Of a stretch of 64,000 bases of DNA, positions 51,380 through 63,641 are shown one piece after another. The notes under the pieces are model-generated. The model worked only from the letters and a program-made list of their open reading frames with translations, had not been told where the DNA came from and did not search any database. Source of the stretch: Desulfobacterales bacterium (GTDB taxonomy: Bacteria; Desulfobacterota; Desulfobacteria; Desulfobacterales; UBA5852); assembly GCA_963674755.2 (NCBI GenBank), contig CAXXVS010000002.1, positions 672,001 through 736,000 on the forward strand, read 5' to 3'. Positions within the stretch are counted from its first letter, which is position 1. Each line of letters starts with the position of its first letter. Made by a program: the position numbers and the translations under genes.

Positions 51380-51616
51380 TGTCCGTCCATAAACGGCATC
51401 TTTTGGCCCCCGGCCCGCCGCCGGTGGACCAAATCCACCTTTGGCGGACAAGCTGGCGTTCGCGCCTCCTGTCGGTCCTCGGCGTAGCCTGAGCTACGCC
51501 TGTGGGCGCCCGTCGGCGGCGGTTTGTTGAACACCGATGTGTTTAAAGATCAGGCGTGAAATCCCGCGCCGTGCGGCGGGACCAGGAACCAAAATCTCCC
51601 GTTTATGGACGGACAC
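51379..51616. mobile_element. MITE-like element with 18-bp terminal inverted repeats
   Basis: GTGTCCGTCCATAAACGG ... CCGTTTATGGACGGACAC; central GGCGTAGC-CTGA-GCTACGCC hairpin. Confidence 0.8.
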
Positions 51617-51701
51617 GGGCGAACCCTCCGCCTCTGATAGGGATGATTCAGGGCGGTTATACTGATCCTATTAGACTTTTTATTATTAACGGGGAGGACC
51701 C

Positions 51702-52481
51702 ATGTATACAAGCATTCTCATCATTGTTCTGGTCGTTTTTTTTCTGTCGGCGGCCATCAAGATTCTCAATGAGTACGAGCGGGGCGTGATATTCCGGCTG
51801 GGGAGGGTTATCAATGCCAAAGGACCGGGATTGATCATCCTGATTCCGATCATCGACAAGATGGTCAAGGTCAGCCTGCGGCTGGTGGCACTCGATGTGG
51901 ACCCCCAGGACGTCATCACCCGGGACAATGTCTCGGTGAAGGTCAATGCCGTGATTTACTTCCGCGTGATCGATCCCACCAAGGCTATCATCGAGGTGGA
52001 AAATTACAGCTATGCCATGTCCCAGTTGGCCCAGACCACCATCCGCAGCGTCTGCGGGCAGGCGGAACTGGACGATTTGCTCTCGGAAAGGGATAAGATC
52101 AATGCCGAGCTGCAGGAGATCCTCGATACCCACACCGATCCCTGGGGCATCAAGGTGGCCACGGTGGAGCTCAAGCACATCGACCTGCCCCAGGAAATGC
52201 AGCGCGCCATGGCGCGCCAGGCCGAGGCCGAGCGTGACCGGCGTGCCAAGGTCATCAACGCCGAAGGCGAGCGGCAGGCCGCTGACAAACTGTCCGAGGC
52301 CGCCGCTATTATTGAAAAATATCCCATTGCCCTCCAGCTGCGCTACCTGCAGACGGTCAACGAGATGGCCAGCGAGAGCAATGCCACCACCATTTTTCCG
52401 ATCCCGATAGACCTTTTCCGGCCGCTGTTGGGAGGCTACGATAAGCAAGCGAAGGATCCGAAACCATCGGAGGAGAGTTGA
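51702..52481 (+). CDS. SPFH/slipin (stomatin-like) protein
   Basis: [38 protein letters not shown]. Confidence 0.95.
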   Translation: MYTSILIIVLVVFFLSAAIKILNEYERGVIFRLGRVINAKGPGLIILIPIIDKMVKVSLRLVALDVDPQDVITRDNVSVKVNAVIYFRVIDPTKAIIEVENYSYAMSQLAQTTIRSVCGQAELDDLLSERDKINAELQEILDTHTDPWGIKVATVELKHIDLPQEMQRAMARQAEAERDRRAKVINAEGERQAADKLSEAAAIIEKYPIALQLRYLQTVNEMASESNATTIFPIPIDLFRPLLGGYDKQAKDPKPSEES

Positions 52482-52579
52482 CACCCGTGGGGGCGGTGGT
52501 TTATCTAATGCGTTTCGCTGATGCTTGACGGAGGCCGAGCGGCCTCCGCTTGTACTTTGAAGAAAGGAGAAAACAGCGT

Positions 52580-52906
52580 ATGGGTGGTAAAAAAAAGGAA
52601 GCCAAGGAAAAACCGCTTGAGAAAATGACGGCGACCGAGCTGCGCGAAATTGCCAAGGAAACCCCCGGCATAACCGGGGCGCACGGCATGAACAAAGCCG
52701 AACTGGTGGCGGAGATCAAAAAGGCGCGCGGCATCGAAGAAACCGGCAGCAAGAAAAAAGACACCTCGCTTCGCGAGATCAAGGTCATGATCAAGGCCCT
52801 GAAAGAAAAGCGCTCCGCCGCGCTGGAGGCCGACGACCGCCGCATGGCCACCATTTATAAACGCCAGATATCCCGCCTCAAGAGCCGGGCGCGGCGGGCC
52901 GCCTGA
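52580..52906 (+). CDS. small basic protein with Rho N-terminal-like domain
   Basis: LEKMTATELREIAK..GMNKAELV. Confidence 0.8.
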   Translation: MGGKKKEAKEKPLEKMTATELREIAKETPGITGAHGMNKAELVAEIKKARGIEETGSKKKDTSLREIKVMIKALKEKRSAALEADDRRMATIYKRQISRLKSRARRAA

Positions 52907-52922
52907 GACGGAACCGACAGCC

Positions 52923-53561
52923 GTGGATGCTCCAATCGAAAATGCTTATATCGCCGATCGTTACAAACAGGGGCAAGAGCACACCTTTCGGGGGCTTGCC
53001 CCCGCTACCACGGCCTTCGATGTGGATGGTGTCATCGCCGACACCATGCGGCTGTTCATCGACATCGCCCGGGAGTCGTTTCAGATAGACCATCTGCGGT
53101 ATGAGGACATCACGACCTATCATCTGGACGAATGCCTCCACCTGGCACCGGATACCATCGAGGCCATCATCCGGCAGATTCTCGACGGCGGCCATGGCTT
53201 GCCGCTGCATACGATCAGCGGCTGCCGCCGGGCCATGGCCCGATTTGCGGCCGACGGGCAGCCGGTACGATTCGTGACCGCCCGTCCGGGGGCGGATGTG
53301 ATCCGCCCCTGGCTGGTGCAAAATCTACCGTTGCGGCCCGATCAGATCGAGGTGGTGGCGACCGGTTCCTTCGAAGCCAAGGTGGATGTTCTGCATGCCG
53401 AGGGCATACGGGTATTTGTGGAGGATCGGCTGGAGACCTGCTTCTTGCTGAGCCGGAGCGGTATTACGCCGATTCTTTTTGTTCAGCCCTGGAATCGTTT
53501 TCCGCACCCGTTCCGGGAAGTCGCTTCCTGGGAAGAGTTGGCCGCGATGATGGCGGGCTGA
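52923..53561 (+). CDS. HAD-superfamily phosphatase (5'-nucleotidase-like)
   Basis: FDVDGVIAD, VTAR, FVEDR, QPWN. Confidence 0.85.
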   Translation: MDAPIENAYIADRYKQGQEHTFRGLAPATTAFDVDGVIADTMRLFIDIARESFQIDHLRYEDITTYHLDECLHLAPDTIEAIIRQILDGGHGLPLHTISGCRRAMARFAADGQPVRFVTARPGADVIRPWLVQNLPLRPDQIEVVATGSFEAKVDVLHAEGIRVFVEDRLETCFLLSRSGITPILFVQPWNRFPHPFREVASWEELAAMMAG

Positions 53562-53573
53562 TCCTGCACTGAC

Positions 53574-54551
53574 ATGGGACAGCCACGGGAAGACCGGGCA
53601 AGGGCGGGAAGATTGGCAACGCATTCAGCTCCCATAGCGCTTGTGACGACGTTTCTGGAATCCCTGTCGGCCGAAAAAGGCTATTCGGCACATACGATCC
53701 GGGCCTATCGCAACGATTTGCTGGAATTTGCCGGCCTGGTTACGGACGAGGGAGAAAAGACGGACGACGGCCGGCCGACGGCGGCCCGGTTCGATCCCCG
53801 GCAGGTGGACAACCTGGCCATTCGGGGCTATCTGACCGTGTTGTACCGGAAGAACAGCAAGGCCACGATCGCCCGCAAATTATCGGCGATACGGTCCTTT
53901 TTCAGGTTTCTCATGCGCCAGGGCGTTATCGCGACCAATCCGGCCGAAGGGGTGCTGACACCCAAACAGGAAAAGAAGATTCCGTCCCATCTGACCGTGG
54001 ACGATATGTTCCGTCTGCTGGATGCCGTGCCGGATGAGCGCCTTTATGACTTGCGCAACCGGGCGATCTTCGAAACCCTGTATGCCACCGGCGTGCGGAT
54101 TTCGGAACTGGCCGGGCTGGATACCATCGATGTGGATTTGCACGCCAAACGGATCAGGGTCCACGGCAAGGGCAACAAGGAGCGTATGGCGCTTTTGGGG
54201 GAAAAGGCCGCCCGGGCGATCAGGACCTATCGGGAGCGCCTGTATCAGGAGACCGGCATCGCCCCCGAACATGGAGGGCCGCTGTTTCTCAACAAATTCA
54301 AGGGGCGTCTGACCACGCGCTCCATGGCGCGCTGCCTGGATCAGCTGGTGCGATCCTGCGGGATGCGGGTGCCGGTGTCACCCCACACCCTGCGGCATAG
54401 TTTTGCGACCCACATGCTCAATGCCGGCGCGGATCTGCGGGCCGTGCAGGAATTGCTCGGCCATGAAAGCCTTTCCACGACCCAGAAATATACCCACGTC
54501 AGCATTGACCGCCTGATGGAGGCCTACGACAAGGCCCATCCGCGGAAATAG
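53574..54551 (+). CDS. xerC: tyrosine recombinase XerC
   Basis: LYATGVRISEL, GKGNKER, HTLRHSFATH, LGH..LSTTQKYTH, KAHPR; xerC-hslV-hslU order. Confidence 0.9.
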   Translation: MGQPREDRARAGRLATHSAPIALVTTFLESLSAEKGYSAHTIRAYRNDLLEFAGLVTDEGEKTDDGRPTAARFDPRQVDNLAIRGYLTVLYRKNSKATIARKLSAIRSFFRFLMRQGVIATNPAEGVLTPKQEKKIPSHLTVDDMFRLLDAVPDERLYDLRNRAIFETLYATGVRISELAGLDTIDVDLHAKRIRVHGKGNKERMALLGEKAARAIRTYRERLYQETGIAPEHGGPLFLNKFKGRLTTRSMARCLDQLVRSCGMRVPVSPHTLRHSFATHMLNAGADLRAVQELLGHESLSTTQKYTHVSIDRLMEAYDKAHPRK

Positions 54552-54584
54552 GGCGGCCTGGCCGCCGGGGGAGAAATCGGTATC

Positions 54585-55115
54585 ATGAAAATTCGGGGAA
54601 CCACCATACTGGCCGTGCGGCACCAGGGCCGATTGGCGCTGGCCGGCGACGGGCAGGTGAGCATGAACAACACGGTGGTCAAACACCATGCCCGCAAAGT
54701 CCGGCGGATTTACAACGAGCGCATCATCGTCGGTTTCGCGGGCGCCACGGCCGACGCCCTGACCCTGTCGGAAAAGCTGGAGGGCAAGCTTGAGCGCTAT
54801 AACGGCAATTTGATCCGCAGTGCCGTGGAGCTGGCCCGGGAATGGCGCACGGACAAATATTTGAGGCGCCTGGAAGCCCTGATGATCGCGGCCGACGAGA
54901 CGAGCACCCTGCTGATTTCGGGCAATGGCGACGTCATTGAGCCGGACGACGGGATTCTGGCCATCGGATCCGGCGGGGTGGCGGCCCAGGCCGCCGCCCG
55001 GGCCCTGGTGAGCCATACCACCCTGAGTGCGCGCGAAATCGTGGAAGCCGCCATGCAGATTGCAGGCGATATTTGTGTGTTCACCAATCACCACCTGACC
55101 ATCGAAGAAGCCTGA
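54585..55115 (+). CDS. hslV: ATP-dependent protease subunit HslV
   Basis: TTILAVR, GDGQV, GFAG.TAD, GSGG. Confidence 0.97.
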   Translation: MKIRGTTILAVRHQGRLALAGDGQVSMNNTVVKHHARKVRRIYNERIIVGFAGATADALTLSEKLEGKLERYNGNLIRSAVELAREWRTDKYLRRLEALMIAADETSTLLISGNGDVIEPDDGILAIGSGGVAAQAAARALVSHTTLSAREIVEAAMQIAGDICVFTNHHLTIEEA

Positions 55116-55170
55116 TCGGGCAAGGCCGCCACACGTTGGCGGCAATGCTGCAAAGAACCGAGGATCCGTA

Positions 55171-56565
55171 ATGACAATGGATAGCATGGAGAACCTGAAA
55201 CCGGCCGATACGGTACGGCAGCTGGACAAATACATCATCGGGCAGCACCAGGCCAAGCGTTCCGTGGCCATCGCCCTGCGCAACCGCTGGCGCCGCCAGA
55301 ACGTTCAGGAAGAGCTGCGGGATGAAATCGCCCCCAAGAACATCATCCTGATCGGGCCCACCGGGGTGGGCAAGACCGAGATCGCCCGTCGCATTTCCCT
55401 GCTGGCGGACGCGCCCTTTTATAAGGTGGAAGCCTCCAAGTTTACCGAGGTGGGCTACGTGGGCCGTGATGTGGAGTCGATGGTGCGGGATTTGCTGGAA
55501 CTGACCATCACCCAGATGAAAATCCGGTCCCAGGAAGAGGTGCAGCCCAAGGCCCGGGAGCTGGCCGAGGATCGTCTGCTGGACATCCTGTTGCCCAAAC
55601 CGGCGGCCGCCCCGCGCGGTTTTCAGCTCCGCCCGGCAGAGGCCGCGGAGGCGCCCCGCCCGGCCGAGGCCACGCCGGAGGTCTCCACGGGGACCCGCGA
55701 AAAACTGCGCCGCATGCTCAAGGACGGCAAGCTGGACGAACGCGAGGTGGAGGTCTCGGTTGCCGATCGATCAACGCCCATGGTGGAGATCTTCTCCAAT
55801 TCCGGCATGGAGGAGATGGGCTTCAACTTCAAGGATATGCTGGGGGGGCTGCTTCCCAAGAACACCAAGAAGCGCAAGATGAAGGTACACGAAGCCCGCG
55901 AGCTGCTCATCCAGGAAGAGGCCCAGAGTCTGGTGGATATGGACAAGGTGGTCAAAAGCGCCATCGAGAAGGTGGAACAGTCCGGGATTATCTTTCTCGA
56001 CGAGATCGACAAGATCGTCGGCACGGGCCAGAAACAGGGCCCCGACATCTCCCGGGAAGGCGTGCAGCGCGACCTGCTGCCCATCGTGGAGGGCAGTACG
56101 GTGAACACCAAGTACGGTCCGGTCAAGACCGATCACATCCTCTTCATCGGGGCCGGCGCGTTTCACACCATCAAGCCCTCGGACATGATCCCGGAACTGC
56201 AGGGGCGTTTTCCCATCCGCGTGGAGTTGAGCTCCCTGGGCAAGGACGACTTTTACCGCATCCTCAAGGAACCCCGCAATGCCCTGCTGCTGCAATACCA
56301 GGCCATGCTGGAGACCGAGGGCGTCACCCTGACCTTTAGCGACGATGCCGTGCAGACCATCGCCGCCATTGCCGAAGAGGTCAACGCCCGCACCGAGGAT
56401 ATCGGCGCCCGGCGCCTGCACACCCTGATGGAGCGGTTGCTGGAAGACATCCTTTTCGAAGCGCCCGATATCGACACCAAGCACATCGACATCGACCGCG
56501 ACTATGTCTTGGCGCACCTGGAAAGCGTCAAAGACGACGAAGATTTGAGCCGCTATATCCTCTAG
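55171..56565 (+). CDS. hslU: ATP-dependent protease ATPase subunit HslU
   Basis: [25 protein letters not shown]. Confidence 0.97.
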   Translation: MTMDSMENLKPADTVRQLDKYIIGQHQAKRSVAIALRNRWRRQNVQEELRDEIAPKNIILIGPTGVGKTEIARRISLLADAPFYKVEASKFTEVGYVGRDVESMVRDLLELTITQMKIRSQEEVQPKARELAEDRLLDILLPKPAAAPRGFQLRPAEAAEAPRPAEATPEVSTGTREKLRRMLKDGKLDEREVEVSVADRSTPMVEIFSNSGMEEMGFNFKDMLGGLLPKNTKKRKMKVHEARELLIQEEAQSLVDMDKVVKSAIEKVEQSGIIFLDEIDKIVGTGQKQGPDISREGVQRDLLPIVEGSTVNTKYGPVKTDHILFIGAGAFHTIKPSDMIPELQGRFPIRVELSSLGKDDFYRILKEPRNALLLQYQAMLETEGVTLTFSDDAVQTIAAIAEEVNARTEDIGARRLHTLMERLLEDILFEAPDIDTKHIDIDRDYVLAHLESVKDDEDLSRYIL

Positions 56566-56595
56566 CGGCCCCCCTTTAGCCAAGGAGCTGAGGCG

Positions 56596-57492
56596 ATGGC
56601 GTCTGACAATAGGGCCCCGTCCCCGAGTGTGGCGGATATCCTGGTGGAAGCCCTGCCGTATATCCGCCGCTTTTCCGGCATGACCATCGTTATCAAGTAT
56701 GGCGGCCATGCCATGGTGGATCCCCAATTGCGGGACGATTTCGCGCGTGATGTCACCCTGCTGAAATTCATCGGACTCAACCCGGTGGTGGTGCACGGCG
56801 GCGGCCCCCAGATCAATTCGGTACTGGACCAGATGGGCATCCGTCCCAAGTTCGTGCGCGGCATGCGCATGACCGACGAGCGCACCATGGACGTGGTCGA
56901 AATGGTCCTGGGGGGCAAGGTCAACAAGAGCATCGTGGCCCTGATCAACCGCCACGGGGGGCGCGCCGTGGGGCTGAGCGGCAAGGACGGCGGTTTGATC
57001 GAGGCCGAAAAGCTGCAGATCGTCAAGCAGGACACCGTCGATTCCCCGCCGGAAATCATCGATCCCGGCCTGGTGGGCAAGGTGACCCGCATCCGCCCCG
57101 AGATCATCCACACCCTCACCACCCAGGGCTTCATTCCCATCGTGGCGCCGGTGGGCACGGGGCCCAACGGGGAGACCTTCAACATCAACGCCGACCTGGT
57201 GGCCAGCCATATCGCCCGGGCCCTCGAAGCCCGGCGGCTGGTCTATCTGACCGATGTGGACGGCGTATTGGACAAAGAGGGCCGCTTGATCTCCTCCATC
57301 GGCCGGACTGAAATTCAGACCCTGATTGCCGACGGGACGGTATCGGGCGGCATGATTCCCAAAATCGAGCATGCCCTGGCGGCCCTCGAGGGCGGGGTCA
57401 AAAAGGTTCCCATTATCAACGGTACCCAACGCCATGCCTTGCTGCTGGAGCTCTTCACCGACAGCGGCATCGGAACGGAAGTGACGGAATGA
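56596..57492 (+). CDS. argB: acetylglutamate kinase
   Basis: [26 protein letters not shown]. Confidence 0.97.
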   Translation: MASDNRAPSPSVADILVEALPYIRRFSGMTIVIKYGGHAMVDPQLRDDFARDVTLLKFIGLNPVVVHGGGPQINSVLDQMGIRPKFVRGMRMTDERTMDVVEMVLGGKVNKSIVALINRHGGRAVGLSGKDGGLIEAEKLQIVKQDTVDSPPEIIDPGLVGKVTRIRPEIIHTLTTQGFIPIVAPVGTGPNGETFNINADLVASHIARALEARRLVYLTDVDGVLDKEGRLISSIGRTEIQTLIADGTVSGGMIPKIEHALAALEGGVKKVPIINGTQRHALLLELFTDSGIGTEVTE

Positions 57493-58679
57493 ACCAGACC
57501 ACGATCGATACGGCGGAAAAAGTGCTGGCAACGACGTACGCCCGTTTGCCGGTGGTGTTTGAAAAAGGGCAGGGCGCCACCCTGTGGGATACGGAAGGCC
57601 GCCGCTACACCGACTTCCTGGCCGGGATTGCGGTGTGCGGGCTCGGACACGCTCACCCGGCCGTGCAGGCCGCCCTGGCGGAACAGGCCGGCCGCCTGCT
57701 GCATGTCTCCAATCTCTTCTATACCCGGCCCCAGACCGAGCTGGCCGAGTGGCTGACCCGCCACAGTTTTGCGGACCGCGTATTCTTCTGCAACAGCGGG
57801 GCCGAGGCCAACGAGGCCGCCATAAAGCTGGCCCGTAAATACTTCTACGACCAGGGGGAGGTCGGGCGCTACCGCATCATCGCCATGGAACAGTCGTTTC
57901 ACGGCCGCACCATGGGCAGTCTTTCGGCCACCGGCCAGACCAAAATCCGCAAGGGCTTCGAACCGGTCCTGGAGGGCTTCGAATTCGTGCCCTTCAACGA
58001 TATCGATGCCCTGCAGGCCGCCCTGGATCCGAGCGTGGGGGCGGTCATGCTGGAACCGCTCCAGGGCGAGGGCGGGATCATCTGCCCGGATCCCGGCTAT
58101 CTGCCGGCGGTACGGCGCCTGTGTGACCAGACCGGCACCCTGCTGATCCTGGACGAGGTCCAGACCGGCATGGGCCGCACCGGCAAACTCTTCGCCCACG
58201 AGCACGACGGCATCGTGCCGGACATCATGACCCTGGCCAAGGCCCTCGGCAATGGCTTGCCCATCGGCGCCATGCTGGCCCGGGAAGGCGTGGCCGAGGC
58301 CTTCGGACCCGGGGCCCATGCCACCACCTTCGGCGGGACCCCCATCATGGCGGCCGGTGCCCTGGCGGTGGTGCGGACCATGGAGGCCGAGGATATCGTC
58401 GGCCAGGCGGCCAAGACCGGCGCCTATTTCAAGGCGCGTTTAGAAGAACTGAAGGACCGGCACGTCCGGATCAAAGAAGTCCGCGGCCGCGGTCTGCTGC
58501 TGGGGCTGAGGCTCAGGGGCGAGGGCGCCCCTGTGGTCAGGGCCTGCCTGGAACGCGGCTTTATCATCAATTGTGTGCAGGGGGACGTGCTGCGCTTTGC
58601 GCCCCCGCTGATCATTGCGCCCCGTGAGATCGACGCGCTGATCGAATGCCTGGATGCTATTTTTTCAACGGAGGAGTAA
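57489..58679 (+). CDS. argD: acetylornithine aminotransferase
   Basis: [32 protein letters not shown]. Confidence 0.95.
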   Translation: MNQTTIDTAEKVLATTYARLPVVFEKGQGATLWDTEGRRYTDFLAGIAVCGLGHAHPAVQAALAEQAGRLLHVSNLFYTRPQTELAEWLTRHSFADRVFFCNSGAEANEAAIKLARKYFYDQGEVGRYRIIAMEQSFHGRTMGSLSATGQTKIRKGFEPVLEGFEFVPFNDIDALQAALDPSVGAVMLEPLQGEGGIICPDPGYLPAVRRLCDQTGTLLILDEVQTGMGRTGKLFAHEHDGIVPDIMTLAKALGNGLPIGAMLAREGVAEAFGPGAHATTFGGTPIMAAGALAVVRTMEAEDIVGQAAKTGAYFKARLEELKDRHVRIKEVRGRGLLLGLRLRGEGAPVVRACLERGFIINCVQGDVLRFAPPLIIAPREIDALIECLDAIFSTEE

Positions 58680-58684
58680 TCAAA

Positions 58685-59893
<1,209 letters not shown>

Positions 59894-59973
59894 ACAAGCA
59901 AGCCTGCCGTGCGGGTCGCCCCACGGCAGGTCGCAGGCCTTTGGATTAAAAAGGATAGGGCAGGGAGACGACC

Positions 59974-61380
59974 ATGACGCATAAACCCTGGGACGGCCGT
60001 TTTGCTGAAGCGACGGACAAGACGGTGGAGGCTTTCACCTCGTCCATCGCCATCGATCGGCGGCTCTACCGGCACGATATTAACGGCAGTATCGCCCATT
60101 GCCGCATGCTGGCCCGGGCCGCGATCATTTCGGAAGAGGACGCCCGGCAGCTGGTGGCCGGGCTCGAACAGATCCGGGAAGAGATCGAGGACGGGCGCTT
60201 TGTCTACGACGACCGCCTGGAAGACATCCACATGCACGTGGAAAACCGTCTGGCCGAGATCGTGGGGGCGGTGGCCCGCAAGCTGCACACCGCCCGCAGC
60301 CGCAACGACCAGGTGGCCCTGGATGCCCGCCTCTACCTGGCAGAGGAAACCCGCCGCATCGTTTGCCAGTTGCACGGCCTCAGGCAGGTGCTGGTGGATG
60401 CGGCCAAGGCCAATCTCGGCACGATCATGCCGGGCTACACCCATATGCAGCGGGCCCAGCCGGTTTTGCTGTCCCATCACCTGATGGCCTATTATGAGAT
60501 GTTCACCCGTGACAGCGAACGGTTCCGGGACGCGCTGGTGCGCATCGCGGTCAACCCGCTGGGCGCAGCCGCGCTGGCCGGCACCACCTTTGCCATCGAC
60601 CGCGCCGATACGGCCGCCCAGCTGGGCCTGCCCCGGATTTGTGCCAACAGCATGGATGCCGTGGCGGACCGGGACTTCATGCTGGAATTCCTGGCGGCGG
60701 CCAGCATCGGCATGGTGCATTTCAGCCGCTTGTCGGAAGAGCTGGTCTTGTGGGCCAGCAGCGAATTCAATTTCATCGAAATGCCGGATGCCTTTGCCAC
60801 CGGGAGCAGCATCATGCCCCAGAAGAAAAACCCGGACGTGCCGGAATTGATCCGGGGCAAAGCCGGGCGGGTCTTCGGTGATCTGGTGGCCCTGCTCACC
60901 ACCATGAAAGGCCTGCCGCTGGCCTACAACCGGGACATGCAGGAAGACAAGACCCCGCTTTTCAGTACGGTGGACACCCTGCAGGCCTGCATTGCCATCA
61001 TGACCGCCATGCTGCCGCGGGTGACCTTTAAGAAAGCGGTCATGCGCCGGGCCACCGCGAGCGGTTTCCTCAACGCGACGGACATGGCCGATTATCTCGT
61101 GGGCCGGGGTCTTCCCTTCCGCGAGGCCCACGGCGTGGTGGGCCGCGCCGTGGCCTACGCCCTCGAAAAGGGCAAGGAGCTGGAACAGCTTTCCCTGGAA
61201 GAGCTGCAAACCTTTTCGGACGCCATCGACAAGACGCTCTTTGAAGCCCTGGCGGTGGAGCAGGTCGTCAACCGGCGCACATCAGCGGGCGGAACGGCCG
61301 CCGCCCTGGTGGAGGCGGCTGTCCAGCAGGCGGCGCAGCAATTGGCCGGTGAAGATTTGCCCGAAACGGAGCCGGCGTGA
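59974..61380 (+). CDS. argH: argininosuccinate lyase
   Basis: SRNDQ, GYTHMQRAQP, GSSIMPQKKNPD. Confidence 0.97.
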   Translation: MTHKPWDGRFAEATDKTVEAFTSSIAIDRRLYRHDINGSIAHCRMLARAAIISEEDARQLVAGLEQIREEIEDGRFVYDDRLEDIHMHVENRLAEIVGAVARKLHTARSRNDQVALDARLYLAEETRRIVCQLHGLRQVLVDAAKANLGTIMPGYTHMQRAQPVLLSHHLMAYYEMFTRDSERFRDALVRIAVNPLGAAALAGTTFAIDRADTAAQLGLPRICANSMDAVADRDFMLEFLAAASIGMVHFSRLSEELVLWASSEFNFIEMPDAFATGSSIMPQKKNPDVPELIRGKAGRVFGDLVALLTTMKGLPLAYNRDMQEDKTPLFSTVDTLQACIAIMTAMLPRVTFKKAVMRRATASGFLNATDMADYLVGRGLPFREAHGVVGRAVAYALEKGKELEQLSLEELQTFSDAIDKTLFEALAVEQVVNRRTSAGGTAAALVEAAVQQAAQQLAGEDLPETEPA

Positions 61381-61832
61381 TGACGCTCCGATCCTTCAAG
61401 CATGCGCCGAATGTCCGGCAATCCACCATTCTGGGGCTGTGCGCGCTGGTCGTCATGGCCGGACTGGCGGCCGGGTGCGGTAAAAAAGGCCCGCCCACAT
61501 TGCCGAAAACCGCGACACCGGCCGGGGTGACGAACCTGGCGGCAGTCCAGCAGGGGGAGGAGATCGTGCTGACCTGGACGGGACCTGCCGCAGCCGGTTA
61601 TCAGGTCTACCGGTCCGCGGAACCCGTGGCCGATGGGGACTGCGAGGGCTGCCCGATATTGTTCGAACGCCTGGCCAAACTGCCAACCGCCGGCGAAGGC
61701 GAAACCCCGCCGCCCATGACCTATCGGGAGCCGAGCATGCCCGGAACGCGCTACCATTTCAAAGTGGTGCCCTACGATGCCCAGGGACAGCTCGGTCCGG
61801 ACTCCAATATCGCCACCATCATCACGGAATAG
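61377..61832 (+). CDS. lipoprotein (LptM-like N-terminus, fibronectin type III-like fold)
   Basis: AGCGKKGPP, LTW, YQVYR, CEGCP. Confidence 0.8.
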   Translation: MMTLRSFKHAPNVRQSTILGLCALVVMAGLAAGCGKKGPPTLPKTATPAGVTNLAAVQQGEEIVLTWTGPAAAGYQVYRSAEPVADGDCEGCPILFERLAKLPTAGEGETPPPMTYREPSMPGTRYHFKVVPYDAQGQLGPDSNIATIITE

Positions 61833-61880
61833 GCGCGCGGGCGGTGCTGCCCAGCCATAAAAACACACGGGGAGATCATC

Positions 61881-61970
61881 ATGCCTCATTCCCATTTCGT
61901 CCGCAATCATCCGGCGTATGACGATCCGGCCAGCGCTGACGCCGTCCCCGATATTCCCGAAACGAGGTGA
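61881..61970 (+). pseudogene. 29-codon mini-ORF, probable lysA deletion scar
   Basis: GGGGAG RBS; MPHSHFVRNH-PAYDDPASADAVPDIPETR; sits at the usual lysA position. Confidence 0.4.
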
Positions 61971-61973
61971 CCC

Positions 61974-62801
61974 ATGTCCACGCCGATCCCCTTTTTCAAG
62001 ATGAATGGCTGCGGCAACGATTTTATCGTGATCGACAACCGTACGGCGCGGCTGGCATCCGATCCGGCCGCCTTCAGTCGGAGCGTCTGCCGCCGCAAAC
62101 TGTCTGTGGGCGCGGACGGCCTGATCCTGATCGAGCCTTCCGATACCTTCGATTTCCAATGGCAATTCTACAACGCCGATGGCAGCCGGGCGGAAATGTG
62201 CGGCAATGGGGCCCGTTGCGCCGCCCGGTTGGCCCACCTCCTGGGCATCGCCGGCCAAAAGATGGTGTTCCTGACCGATGCCGGCCCCATCGAAGCCGGG
62301 ATACGCGGCGATCAGGTTAAAATTAAAATGACGCCGCCCTCGGATTGCCGGACGGACGTGGCCATCGATCTGAGTATCGGGTGCCGCACGGTCAGCAGCA
62401 TCAACACCGGCGTTCCCCATGTGGTGCTGGAAACAAACCGTTTGGCGGAAGCGGACGTTGTGTCCTTGGGACGGGAAATCCGCCGCCACGCCCACTTCGC
62501 GCCGGCCGGCACGAACGTCAATTTTGTTCAGCCGGATGACGAAAAGCGCCTGCAGGTAAGGACGTACGAACGCGGCGTGGAGGATGAAACCCTGGCCTGC
62601 GGGACGGGCTGCGTCGCTGCGGCCCTGGTGACAGCCCTCCGACAGGGCTGGCCTTCCCCCATTCCGGTCGTCACCCGCAGCGGGGGGATTCTGACCATCC
62701 ATTTTCAGAAGGGCGGCGATCGCTTCCACGATGTCTATCTGGAGGGCGACGCCCGCTTGGTCTATACCGGCGAGATTCAACCGGATGCACTGCGCCCCTG
62801 A
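61974..62801 (+). CDS. dapF: diaminopimelate epimerase
   Basis: GNDF, GADG, EMCGNG, ERGVEDETLACGTG. Confidence 0.97.
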   Translation: MSTPIPFFKMNGCGNDFIVIDNRTARLASDPAAFSRSVCRRKLSVGADGLILIEPSDTFDFQWQFYNADGSRAEMCGNGARCAARLAHLLGIAGQKMVFLTDAGPIEAGIRGDQVKIKMTPPSDCRTDVAIDLSIGCRTVSSINTGVPHVVLETNRLAEADVVSLGREIRRHAHFAPAGTNVNFVQPDDEKRLQVRTYERGVEDETLACGTGCVAAALVTALRQGWPSPIPVVTRSGGILTIHFQKGGDRFHDVYLEGDARLVYTGEIQPDALRP

Positions 62802-63331
62802 TGCGCCCCGAAGATAATATATCGGCCTCGGCGCATGGCCATACGGTATTCCTGTCCGTGGGCTCCAATCTGGGCGACAAGATGGCCCATTGCCGTTTCG
62901 GCATCGCCCAACTGGCGGCCCACCCGCAAGTCACCGTGACGGGGACCTCGCCGTTTTATCGCACCGCTCCGGTGGATTTTACCGACCAGGACTGGTTCGT
63001 CAACGCGGCCTTGCGTATCGTCACCCGCCTGCCCCCTCTCGATTTGCTGGGGGTTACCCAGGCCGTCCAGACTGCGGCCGGACAGGGCGCCAAAGCGGTT
63101 CGCTTCGGTCCCCGCGTCCTTGACCTGGATCTCATTTTTTATGGCCAGGTGACGATGCGGCATGCCGATCTTGAACTGCCCCATCCCCGCATGCACAAAA
63201 GGCGTTTCGTGTTGCAACCTATCTGTGATATAGATCCCCAATTTGTGCATCCGGCATTCGGATGCCGCGTCAGGGACTTGCTCGCCAACCTGCATGACGA
63301 TCAACAGGAGGTCGTCCCGATCGATGCTTAA
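62801..63331 (+). CDS. folK: 7,8-dihydro-6-hydroxymethylpterin pyrophosphokinase
   Basis: GSNLGD, FGPRVLDLD, LPHPRM..R.FVL. Confidence 0.95.
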   Translation: MRPEDNISASAHGHTVFLSVGSNLGDKMAHCRFGIAQLAAHPQVTVTGTSPFYRTAPVDFTDQDWFVNAALRIVTRLPPLDLLGVTQAVQTAAGQGAKAVRFGPRVLDLDLIFYGQVTMRHADLELPHPRMHKRRFVLQPICDIDPQFVHPAFGCRVRDLLANLHDDQQEVVPIDA

Positions 63332-63584
63332 ACTCATTATTCTGGCGGTGGTGGGGTATCTGTTCTACCGGGCGCTCAAATCCATGATCATCGGTTCCGG
63401 GGCGTCTTCCTCCGAAAGGAACGAGCGCGGCCCAAACGAGGTGGACGATGTTCTGGTGCAGGATCCAGTCTGCAAGACCTACGTCCCCCAGCACGGCAGC
63501 ATTCACATCCGGCGCCACGGCCAGCTGATGTACTTTTGCAGCGAGGAATGCCGGGACCGCTATCTCCAGGACCATCCGGAGTAG
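63324..63584 (+). CDS. small membrane protein with YHS/TRASH domain
   Basis: N-terminal TM, QDPVCKTYVP, YFCSEECR. Confidence 0.85.
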   Translation: MLKLIILAVVGYLFYRALKSMIIGSGASSSERNERGPNEVDDVLVQDPVCKTYVPQHGSIHIRRHGQLMYFCSEECRDRYLQDHPE

Positions 63585-63641
63585 AGCCGAACAGCGTTAG
63601 ACGACAACACTTACGTTAGTGAGAAGGAGGATGACTGCTAA

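Noticed and set aside
53574..54551. Tyrosine recombinase as the integron integrase for the attC sites
   Set aside because: XerC motifs and xerC-hslVU context; no IntI-specific insertion evident; about 19 kb from the cassettes
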